Below, in pieces: positions 25,511-37,100 of a stretch of DNA of 64,000 nucleotides. The notes beneath the pieces were generated by a model that was not told where the DNA came from, did no database searches, and saw only the letters and a program-made list of their open reading frames with translations. The translations under genes and the position numbers were made by a program. How positions within the stretch are numbered: the stretch's first letter is position 1; every line of letters begins with the position of its first letter. This DNA is from Epiperipatus broadwayi (lineage: Eukaryota > Animalia > Onychophora): assembly GCA_028023455.1 (NCBI GenBank), contig JAQFVV010000005.1, positions 20,646,001 to 20,710,000 of the forward strand, in the 5' to 3' direction.

Positions 25511-26412
25511 ATTATTAGCCAGCATGGTGAGTTTATTGGCTTTTTACTCTGAATTTAAGATCGAGAAACACCATGGTCTTTCTTCTCAATATTGTTGGAT
25601 TAATTTAAGTTATATGGAGCAAACTTTGGGATGATAAATGATTGACTTGCCATTGGGTCCACAATGGTTCAAATATGAACTGTTAAGGGTATATAATTCT
25701 ACTAATATCAGTCATAGTTAAAGTCCTTATGGTGAAGTGAATATTTTAATTTTTACATACTTGACAGTGAAGTTCAGAAAGATATAATTCCCACTAGATA
25801 ATCATAATGCCCTAATTAAAATGATAATAGAGGATAGGGATATGTTATGTGAAAATATAATTTTTGGAGACAGAAACAAAGAAAGTTTTAAAATTTGGTT
25901 TGGAATATATGATTTGCAAAATGACTCCAGCAGCTTCAGGAATCAAATGATGAAGTGACAAAACATAATAAACAATGTTAATAAATAAATGTCATTATCA
26001 GAAACACAACACTAGGGTACTTTTCAGAGGGAGACAAAGGTATCGATTACAGCTTAAATCTATTACATATCAAGATGAAGCTAAAAAAGATTAAATAAGA
26101 CACATTTTTAAAATAAAAAGTCCTAAACAAAAAATAAACAAATATTAGTGGGATATGAATAAAAACAGGTGCTGCATTCAAGAAAAGATGATTTTGATAT
26201 AATTTAAAATTAAAGTCTTATTAATTGTTTATGGCTGATTAATTCTGTACCATCTTACAGTGTCTCTTATGGTAATTCTTTGGTTATGATGTTATTCAAA
26301 AAACATTTAAATGATCTGTATGCTGATACTTGTATTAACAATTTTACAGAAAATAGTTCCAATAGAACGGCAGTAAATCGGTATTATTTTCATTTTGTGC
26401 CTAGATGTCAGA

Positions 26413-26483
26413 AGTTTTGCCTGTTTTAATAACAGTTATGTGAAAGCATAACAAATAGTGATCATGTGATGTTTAGTGGTTTA
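26413..26483 (+). repeat. HHR family B fragment (no ribozyme part)
   Basis: agttttgcctgttttaataacagttat...tcatgtgatgtttagtgg matches the reverse complement of 29526-29592. Confidence 0.75.
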
Positions 26484-26990
26484 ATATCAAATAAATAGAA
26501 TTATCAATCTGCAAATTCTATATGTGGATGTGTTAGTAGTTTGCAGATGGATTTGTATCATCACTGAAAAATTAATCTCTATTACATTGTTATTTCAATC
26601 TTTTTTTGCTTAGAAGTTGGAGTGACCATATTTGTTTGTGAATGACTATTGTTTCTGAAAGGGAATAGAAACATTAGACATAAAAAATTAGTTGGGAAAA
26701 TAATCATATAATAGTGGAGATAAATTATGAAAAAAAATATTCATTGTCAAAAAAGTAAGCAAAAGCATCCAACTTATTTACTTAGGTTTTAAGCCTAATG
26801 AAAATTAATTTTCAAGTTGAAAAAAATAAATAAATGAAATTTACATGCTAGTCAATAAGTAAAGAAAGTAAAAAAAATATAGGATTATTTCTAATGAAAA
26901 CCTAATTTTGTGGTCGATAAGTTTGTAAAAAAAATTGGCAGGAAAAGTAACTTAATTTACAAACAAATAAAAACATTATTAAAAGAGGTC

Positions 26991-27125
26991 TTGCACTGGT
27001 GGTCGAGAGGTCAGCGCAATGCCTTTTGCATTGGTGGTTGAGAGGTCAGCGCGACTGCCTTACAAGCAGTTGCCCAGGTTGCGGGTTCGCGTCCCGGCCG
27101 ATGTTATGACAGTTGAAAAAAAAAG
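26991..27125 (+). mobile_element. tRNA-derived short SINE, copy 2, with a 35-bp tandem duplication of the A-box head
   Basis: GCATTGG...CCGATGT acceptor stem, ACTGC-CTTACAA-GCAGT anticodon arm, GGGTTCGCGTCCC T-arm, A-run tail. Confidence 0.85.
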
Positions 27126-28169
27126 ATTTTTTTTATGCTCAAAAATTCATAGAAGTCTACTTTTAGATAAAGATATATCACTAATAAATAATTAATTAGA
27201 AATATTTTCAAATTTACTCTATTTATTGGATTAGGAATATATATATATATAACTTAATCAAATCTATTAGATTTTTCATGTATTACTCTAAAAAATGTTA
27301 TAAATCCAGAATTGTTTTTCTGTAAAAATGTTCAGACTAATTTCATGTAAGAAATCTAAAACCATTAGTTGAGTTAGTGTCTTGAATCCCTAGAATCACC
27401 ATTGCAAAAATGTCAGAATTTTCTATTAATATATCTTAAGTATGACTAGTTTAATGTCGAGATTTGACTAATTTTAGCGTTAGTCACACATATAGGAGCA
27501 GTTTTTAACTGATCACTTCTATAATATTCATATTTTATAATATGTGGGAATAATTTATATTCACATTAAACTCAGCCCAAAAATGCGATAGTATATAAAA
27601 TATTAAAGAATTGACGAGTTAGATATTGTAACCTTTAAACTTTAAAAGCAAATTAGTTATAATTAAGTGATATAAATAGAATATTATAACGGTTGTTTCT
27701 GTATAGATGTTCTGATGTTTCAAACCTGCAGCTCATCTATGAGCATATGGTTATTACACAAAATACATGTCTATTGAAAGAGATTGGTCTGAAATATTTT
27801 TAATATAGTTAAGGATTTATAGTAAGATTTAGAAGAATACACACCAAGCCTGAAAGGTTTAATTGGTTGCAAATATATAATAAGTGCAGTACTAAATTAA
27901 TTACACATACATGTATATATGTGATAAACAAAGTTTTGGAATTAACTCTATAATTTTCATTACATTAACTTACAATTAAATAAATAACAGCCATAGGTAG
28001 TTCATAACATTTACTAGAAATGATATAGTTGGCGGTTTAAATATAAACCATCTATAATTGTTATTTATTTATTCTTGTATGGATTGTTAAATTGGAAATT
28101 CTAGAGTTAATTCTAATGTTTTGTTATCTTATATATTAGTGGTATCTGATACTGTGTGCATATATATAT

Positions 28170-29345
28170 AAATTATAACTTTTTGGGCTGTACCGTGTAT
28201 TGTTTTCCATTAAACACCGATATTTCGACGGACTATCAACTGCCATTATCAAGGTTAACTTTTGAAAGAAAATCCGTTAGATCTTAAAAAAATAACGTGA
28301 CTATGTGCGAGATGAGAAGCGAGATTCAAGTTCAGCATTCACAATATGATGCTTATCAAAATGTTTATTTCCCTCAGTATTTTTATCTATTAATTTTAAG
28401 TTAATATTAGATAAAATGAGAGGTTTTCACATAGCTGGAATACGTTGTGCTTCATCAGCCCCATTTAAACCAGTAGGTCTCTTTAATATTTCAATTGACT
28501 CTCTCATGGTTCTTAAATCATATCTTTCCAAATTAGCAAGTATTTTTGTATTGTCAAAATTAGGTTTGTGACCAGTTTCTAAATAATAGGAAGTAATTAA
28601 CTGATGTGCTAATTTTTTGATGAAAAGCATTTCTATGTTCCTTAATTCTGACATTAATTCATCTATTAGATTGACCCACATAGCCTCTTGGGCACTGAAA
28701 ACATGGAATTTCATAAACTCCTTGGTATTCCAAAAGTATTCTGTCTTTAGGTTTATACAAAAAATCACCAATTTTTTTGCCAGTAGAAAAAGTAGTCTTT
28801 ATATTAAAACAAAATAGTCTTCTACTGATTTTATCAGTAACCCCCCTAATGTAAGGCAAAATTACTCTATTAAAAGAGGAATTGTCAATTCTATCCTCTT
28901 TTTTCTTATTAATATTAATGTTATATAAAGCCCTACATATGATGTTTTTATTATAATTATTAGAGAGCAGAATATTTTTTGTAAGTTCTATTTCTTGAGA
29001 AAGATATTCTTTATCAGATACATTATAAGCTCTAGTGAAAAGATTTTTAGCTACAGAAAAAATTTGTGCAGGATGATGATGAGAATTAAAATTAAGATAT
29101 CTGTTTGTATGAGTGGATTTTCTGTAAACTGATATTGACAATGTTTCATCACATTTTCTTGCAATTAAAACATCTAGAAAAGAAAGTGATCTGTTATTTT
29201 CCACTTCCATAGTAAATTTAATATTTGGATGCCAATTATTTATAAAAGCAAGAAAAGAATTTAAAGAATCAATTCCATGAGGCCATATGACAAAAGTATC
29301 ATCCACATATGTAATAAATAATCTATTAGCTGACTTTTAATAATC
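28170..29345 (-). mobile_element. PLE family 1, 5'-truncated (RT C-terminus, GIY-YIG and 3' HHR)
   Basis: YVDDTFVIWPHG, SFLDVLI, VYRKSTHTNRYLNFNSHHH, VILPYIRG, GVYEIPCFQCPRGYVGQSNR. Frameshifted; ORF stops immediately before the HHR. Confidence 0.95.
28214..28256 (-). ncRNA. Minimal type-I hammerhead with U3-A8 covariant core
   Basis: acc-TTGATAA-t-ggc...gtc-GAAA-ta-T-C-ggt. Stem I acc/ggt, palindromic ATAT helix III, in the usual PLE 3' position. Confidence 0.65.
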
Positions 29346-29526
29346 AATAAAATAAATTCAATGTAATCATTTTACACTGGAAACTTTGTAAATTGATTAT
29401 ATATTTTATCATAGAAAAATTCATGTATATTCACAATTATTTTCAAAAGGAATGCTAAATTTTATTGGTCTAGTTAAGTGTAATATTGATTGTTCAATCC
29501 TCATAATATAACTATTAAATTAATGC

Positions 29527-30326
29527 CAATAAACATCACATGACCGCCACTTCTTATACTTGTGTATAACTGTTGTTAAAACAGGCAAAACTCACTATAC
29601 ATATTGCCACACACAGCAAGCTAGAGTAATCAATGGATGCCAGGAGGCTTGTGCATAAAATCCCATCTAGTGCCTACTCATCCAATATCTCCAGACTAGT
29701 TTCTAGCTTTTGTCCTTCATAAGTAAGGAGCCTTGGATCTGTGAGCACTGCACCTAGATCTTAGGATCTAATGCAACCCCCCAGCAGCCACCTTTTATCT
29801 CCACTTAACTACAAAACTATGAATCTTAAAATGAAAACACCTTAATGTTTTTAATCCAAGCCCATTAGCTTATATAGTCATATGGGTCTGAACTCAGTTC
29901 AGTACCATACATTTTGGTGTTTTTGGTTCTTTAATAACCATAGCCACCACGATCCTATTAGGCAGGATTAGTTTTAAACCAATAAACATCACATGACCAC
30001 CACTTCTTATGCTTGTGTATAACTGTTGTTAAAACAGGCAAAACTAATTATACATATTGCCACACACAGCAAGCTAGAATAATCAATGGATGCCAGAAGG
30101 CTTGTGCATAAAATCCCCATCTAGTGCCTACTCATCCAATATCCCCAGACTAGTTTCTGGCTTGTGGCCAAGGCTCCTCACTGAAAAAGGCCATAAGCCA
30201 GAAACTAGTCTGGTGATATTGGATGAGTAGGCACTAGATGGAGATTTTATGCACAAGTCTTCTGGCATCCATTGATTACTCTAGCTTGCTGTGTGTGGCA
30301 ATAGGTATAGTGAGTTTTGCCTGTTT
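29527..30326. mobile_element. Non-coding HHR element family B (retrozyme-like): 453-nt-period direct repeat on minus plus inverted arm on plus
   Basis: 14-bp TSD TATTAAATTAATGC (29513-29526 and 30327-30340). Direct repeats start at 29526 and 29979; 30190-30326 is inverted to 30031-30169. HHR motifs at 29688-29729 (-) and 30175-30216 (+). Confidence 0.88.
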
Positions 30327-30817
30327 TATTAAATTAATGCTTCAAATATTGTTTTATTGTAGTTGGTCTTGTATATCCTATTTTGTATAGTTGCTATACT
30401 ATCAATTTTGTGTGGGTGTTTTCTGTTTGCATGTAAAAAATCAACTGCATTTTTTGAAAATGGGGGAAAAAAATGAGTCGCATGTATTTTTGGTCCACAT
30501 TGATTAATAAAATTTGTTCAGACAACATTTTGGGTATCTATCACTCTATTATGATAGGTAGTATTATAAGAGACTTTTAAATTCACTTTTAACAAAAACA
30601 CCTGCCATTTTATCAATAATAATGATTGATGCACTTAATTCAACATGAAAAGAAAGCCAATAATTTTTTTCACAGACTATAGCTATATTTATCAATTCCC
30701 CTATCAAAATATAAGATTACAATATATATAAATTAACTCCAATATTTTCATGGATAAATGACAGGTTCATAGTATTATTTCTGGGAGCTTCTGTGTAATA
30801 AAAATATAATAGCTAAA

Positions 30818-31260
30818 TTGCTGATGTTTCAGCACAATAACAAGTAATTTCCTCAGAGCTTCTTCATTCTGAAGTCATAAGAATGTGTATGGTGAGATTT
30901 AAAATCATTTTTTCTTTTGTTATTTTCTCCTCATTCTCAAATTCTATTAATTCTTTTATATATATATATAAATGTTTCAAATAATTTAAATGGTAAAAAT
31001 AATAAAATACATATCTTAATTAATCAACAGCACTTTTGATTATGTAGTAATCCCTATCAAATGTAAAGTAGTACAGAAGTTTAATATCATGTGATTTTCC
31101 ATGGCTGTTTATGTTGATATTTGCTGCTTGCTTATTTATTATATTATTTTTGAATCTATTTATTAATATTGCTTTCTTAATTTTTCTCTTTTTATGATTT
31201 CTTTCTTCCATTAATATTTTTGTATCATTCACATTAAAAGTAAATTTAAAATTAAAAGAT
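30818..31260 (-). mobile_element. Decayed PLE 3' remnant (GIY-YIG C-terminus and degenerate HHR)
   Basis: NDTKILMEERNHKKRKIKKAILI resembles the PLE GIY-YIG tail. Downstream aTGAAGA-agctc...gtgct-GAAA-ca-T-C at 30818-30868. Confidence 0.5.
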
Positions 31261-33799
31261 TTTTCATGGTCATAGAATACTGAAGAAGTATTTAATTGAT
31301 TTATAGTTTTTTTATTCGATTATATAATAATTGATGGTAATCCAGATATATATTTTATTATTTTTACCATTAAAATTATTTGGAACTTACATATAATATT
31401 TTTATACCAGGTATTTATAGTTTTTACATATATATTGTGATCATTTATTTTGCATAAAAAATAAATACAGGTACAATCTAGTATCTAAATTTTTTTTTAA
31501 ATTAGAATTCTAAAAGATTAACTGCTATTATCCCTATTAACTTAATTGAGTAATGTAATGCTCCATTTTATGTATTTAAAGCTGTATAATTGCATTTTAT
31601 TTATTTAAAAATGTCAATACCTATGTAGCTATCTACCCAATCACTGATTTTGAAAAGTTAAGCTTAACTTTTATAAATTTATCTGTTGTTAACTTCCTAT
31701 TAAAATAAAATAAAAAAAAAGTTATTTTTTTTCTTCTTTCCTTTTAATACTATTTGAAGTTAGATAACTAATTTCAAATGTTTCAATTAACAAATAATTG
31801 TATTTAAAAGAAAAAAAAAGAAAAAAAAAATATTTTTACTGTAAAAAACACTTAAAATCACTTTTCTATGTATTTATTTAAATTATATATAAATCATTTC
31901 CAGTGCAAATCTTTTAGATTACTGCCAATTGTAATAACCCTTTTCTGTTAATTGCCATAATTGGAATCAGGTGTTATTCTCAAAGGAATATTAAAAATGC
32001 AATTTTAAAAGTATAGTAGCACTTTTTCATCATCATTATCAATTGGTCACATTAATATTATTTGCTTTCTAAATTCTACAACCAAATTAATTAAGTTTTA
32101 ATTGTTTTGGAGGATAAAACAATATGGGCTGCTAAAAGAAGACTTAATTGAACAATCAATCTCCTTTTAAGTTGTGCTATTTTATTCTAATCTCTAAATT
32201 TCTACAAATGGAGGGAGAGGAAAAGTAATTTTTCTATGGAGGTATAAATTGGAAACTTCAACAATATATGTCTTATTATCTTACAAACTTTTTCAATTTT
32301 ACTCAATCTTATTATGATATTTTATCTGAAACTAGAAGTTTAGTATCTATTTTCCTATGAACTACCTCGATTTTATTTGATTAATCTATTATTAAGGTGT
32401 TTATAGCTCATTATAAAATATAATTATGGGTTTACATTTATTATATGTTGTTTATTTTATACCTGTGCTCAGTTTTATATGCTTTTCTCTATAATACCTA
32501 CACTCAGATATACATATTGGTTTATAATGAATTTGTTATATTTACACATTTGCTCTGATATATATATATAATATTTACAACCTATTTAATATGATTGATT
32601 TATAATATGCTTGTCTGTCATGATTATAGTCTACCTATATAAAGCATATAACTCCTTTTGTTTGGATATAACTTTAATATGTTTTCATTGGAATACATAT
32701 TCAATTTGTTTAATCTTTACAAAGTTATACTATGCTGATAAAAGCTCCTTCTGTTATAAAGTCAACATGTTTTTTTTTAAACTCTCAAAAGAAACCACAA
32801 TCCTGCTGTATCATTTGGAATTGTCCTTGAAAGTGTGCTCTTAAACAAGTGAAACAAGATAAATGGTCATCAATGTAATCAAACTTACAATTGGGGGAAA
32901 ACCATTTTAACTCTGAAGAAGAAGAGAAAACCATATAAGATTTTTTGGGGGTCTTTTATATTTTATTATGATATTTAAAATGTTATGTGCATTTAATATT
33001 TTGTTAATCTCATTTTATTTGTTCTTTATTTGGATATATCTAACATATATAAACACGTATTTAAAGATGGTGTATAGAAATGATTTTATTCGTGTTTATT
33101 TTGTTTAGAGAGACTGCAGTGGGATACTTGTTTAAGCTTTATAAACATTCATAAGAGTAGAGCGGTTACTTAGATATATATTATATTTGGCTTTGGATTG
33201 GTGCATAATTTCTATTACTGTTATCATAACTTTAAAAATTAACTATCTATTTATCTTTCATGTATACATTTGTATTGGATTTTTGATTATATTTTGCTAT
33301 ATGCATTATAAATACAAATAGATGTGGCTTAAGATTTTCTATTTAATTAATGTCTCAATGCCTTCTCTGACATTATTTGTATCTCCACCTGGTATCATGT
33401 ATTTATTGTGGTATTTATGTTGATGATTTCTCATTTTGCTTAGATATTATTTGTTAGGCCAAAACCTTATGTTAGTAGCGGATGCTAATGGGACACATGT
33501 ATATGTGTATCATCGAGCCAATATTGCTCTACCAATTTTAATGTAGGATTGTTTTCCAATCATTGTTGGCCAGAAATATTTAGGTATTCCAAGTTGTGTA
33601 TTATAAGAGGCATTTGCATGATCATGCTTCACCACACCTTATTATATATTTTCAAATGATCATGTGTCAAGTAAAGTATTGAGCTTGTATTTCTCTTTTC
33701 AACAAGTTTTAGTTATCCAAGACTAATATAACATATTTCTTTATATCATTCACATTACAAATTATATATTAAGAAATTATAAGCTAATTTCCATATAGA

Positions 33800-34142
33800 T
33801 TATCATTATCATCAACCATTATTAATTCACTGCAGGGCGAAGGTTTCTCCAAGTTCAACTCATCTCCAATCTTTAGCTTCTCTTCTCCACATCACCCCTG
33901 CACACTTTCTTATTTCATCTATCCATCTCACAGGTGGTCTCTTTGTGGGTCTTTCAAATCTCTTGGAATCCAGTTTAAGATTTCAATTATCCATCTATTA
34001 TCATCTCTTCTAGCAATATGTCTAGCCCAACTCCACTTTAGTCTTTTAATTTTTTCATTGAGGTCAGTAACACCTGTTTGTTCTCTTACCCATATATTAT
34101 GTTTTCAATCTCTTATTGTTACTCCCAACATGCATCTCTCCA
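33800..34142 (-). mobile_element. RTE LINE 3'-end fragment
   Basis: High nucleotide similarity to 24541-24880. Confidence 0.92.
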
Positions 34143-37100
34143 TAAAGTGGTCTGAAGTCTTATTATATCACTAGCTATAGGTATGTTCTTAGTCCATTCA
34201 AATGTGCTCATTATACTTAGTACGCATCACTGATCATTAAATCTAAGCTGTTGGAGGTTTTTCATTATTTATATAATCAAAACATACCACAGGAATAATA
34301 TATTATATGTCCATTATATCTACCTTCTGCATTAATTGATGTAAACGTTTCTTTCATTTATTTTATTGTTAATAGTAATAGTAAATAATTTATATTTTTT
34401 GTTAAATTGTAAACTAAAGGAAAATATATTTAGCCCTTATAACAAATATTGATTTTATTCTGTAATTATGTTTTTGTATCTGTTGCCATGTGTCACATCC
34501 GTATATCAGAAAATCCATTTAAATAGTAAAAGTGTTTAAAGTGTATATAAGAGTACATATTATTTTGAAATTGTTATATTGATACAATTCATGCAATCCT
34601 TTACGTATACAATCAGATTCATATAAGATTACTTTATTGATGTTTTTGTTGTTAGACAACAAAATACCCTTTTACCTACTGCATCACTTTAGCTTTGCTG
34701 TTGTCAGATAATTATTTTAGATTTTAAGAAAACTTGATTTTGTTTAGCCAGTGATATAAGAACCAATAAAAAAAAAGGAATTAATCTTCGTTAGCTAATT
34801 TATGTTTAAATCCATCTTTAAATAAATCTGTATTTCATTAAAAAGGAAGAAATGTTTATAAGATGTTAAGAAAATAAAAATCTCATTGTTATTATCGCTG
34901 TTATTAATTAAAAGAACCTAAATTATTTTATTATTTTTCGATAATCATTGCAAAGGTAGTATTTTTTATAACTGAATTATTTAATATTTAAGAATCTGAG
35001 ATTACTATTACTATTTATTATTATTCTTTGTAGAATGTAATCATGAATTATTCAATCAACCATTAGTCTAAAACTCATCTTGTAAAATAATGTATTAATT
35101 ATTGGGTACTTAGTCCATAAGAGGACTTATTTAGTTATTGTTCACTTAGCGTATGAAAGGACTTATTTGGGGTTAAATGTTTATCTAATGCATTAGAGAT
35201 CTTGTACTAATTTAGACCTGTGTTTAGATCCATACTTTATTATTTGATCGTTCTCTGGAAGGTTACAATATATATAATATTTCCCAGTGTAAAGATGATT
35301 GGTGACTGCTTTTTGTCCAGGCATTATTTCTGAATCAACACATTTAGCAATGTAGTTTAATTATTTACCACAAAAGTTCTAAATCCCTGGTATGTCTGTA
35401 TCTTGAGTTAGACAGAAAATATGACAGTGGGTTTCATACTTTAATTCATTGAATAATATGTTAATATTAAATTTTGTTTTAAATTGGCAAAAGTGCTAAA
35501 AAACGTTAAAATGATTCAAACAGTATATTACAGTGAAATCACGAATTTACAAGAACGTTTTCAAGCAGTTTGCAAGATTTTTTGATGACAGGAAAAACAT
35601 TGAATATGATGTATAAAAATATAATATATACTGCCATATTTAATGCCACAATTCATGATCTAAACTTGATGGAACCTTAACTTAAGTAATTAAACTATGT
35701 AGTTATATAAAATTGCCCTAATTCAAAGATGATAATGCAGGCAGCTTGGAGAGAGAATCAGTGACTTTTTTTACTGTGACACATTGTGTGTTTATGCTAT
35801 TACATAACTTATTCTAAAATTCATTAAATATCACAAGTCAGACACAATTCTGAGTCGGAGCAAGTTCAATTTTACACAGCTTCACTTGTTGACTAGAAAG
35901 AAAAGCTCTAAAAAGTTATTCTGATAAATAGAAGATATTTAAAAGAATTAAAAAAGATGTGCATTGAAAAACTATGAAAAAAAACATTTTCAACATCTGG
36001 ACAGAGCTTAATGAGAATTAAGATTTTCCAACATATCTGTCTGTCATCAAAGTTAGGCTGGTTCCTCATTTGAATATGTGAGAAGAGATTGGCTAAACAT
36101 TCTTCAATTTAAAACCCCAGCGAAGTGAGAAACTTGGAGGAAAATGTTCCAGAATCTTTATCAGAAAGACTTATGATCTAATTTGGGTATTCTCTATCAG
36201 CATTGTGTTTCTAATGCATTTTGTCTATCATCTTTACATCTGCAATCTGGTACTCTTCAGTGTACTTTGAACATTTTCCCATTTTAGTTTATGAAGTAAA
36301 AAATCAGAATTCACTATTCTCTTACTTTGTGGAAATGGAATCTAGTACTGCAATCTGAGTGGATGAAATCTGTTGTTTTAGATAATCTTTTCTCTTTGGA
36401 TTCTCCTAAAAAGAAGAAGTGATTTTTGTTACACTGAGATTATCAAAAACTTCACACTCATTGCAGAGTTTTACACTTTCCATATTCAAAATCAGGGCAT
36501 ACATTTTGCTGCAATCTTAAGGAATACCCTTGTGCATTTGTAAAATGCATTTCACAAATTTTGGACATTAGTAAGTATTTAAGAATATTATACTTTCTTT
36601 CTTCTTGATGTGTTTTCTAATGTTGATGAAGACTTTTGTAAATATCATAAATAAAATGGTAAAAAAACAAAACAAACATGAAGATCTTAAATCAGATTAC
36701 CCTGAAAATTTCATGTGAAGTGTAAATGAGAAGTTGATATTGTCATATTTTGGTCAAATTTTGAAATGATTTAAGTTGTGAGAAAAATGTACATTACTCA
36801 TAGAGTCATAAATAAGACAAAGGTAGCTAAGAAAACCTATCTTCAATATCTTAAACAGAATAGTACACTTTTTAAAAAGTTGCTGTCTTTTTGTTCCAAT
36901 CTATATCTTCTCTCAACAACAACTTGTCAAGAATAAATAAAACTTTAGTTGTCATCTATACAGTATATGTTTTATAGATTTTTATTAAAAAAAACAAGTA
37001 GCACATTGATAATCAAAGCTAATAAATTTCAAAAGTTAAAATTATATTGTATTATCTTACTAAATAATTAGAGAGGATAAAAACACATTGATGTACAAAA

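Noticed and set aside
33400-33700. Minus-strand LGIPKYFW resembling a copia integrase stretch
   Set aside because: Single short motif, in-frame stops, no other LTR-element domains or LTRs.
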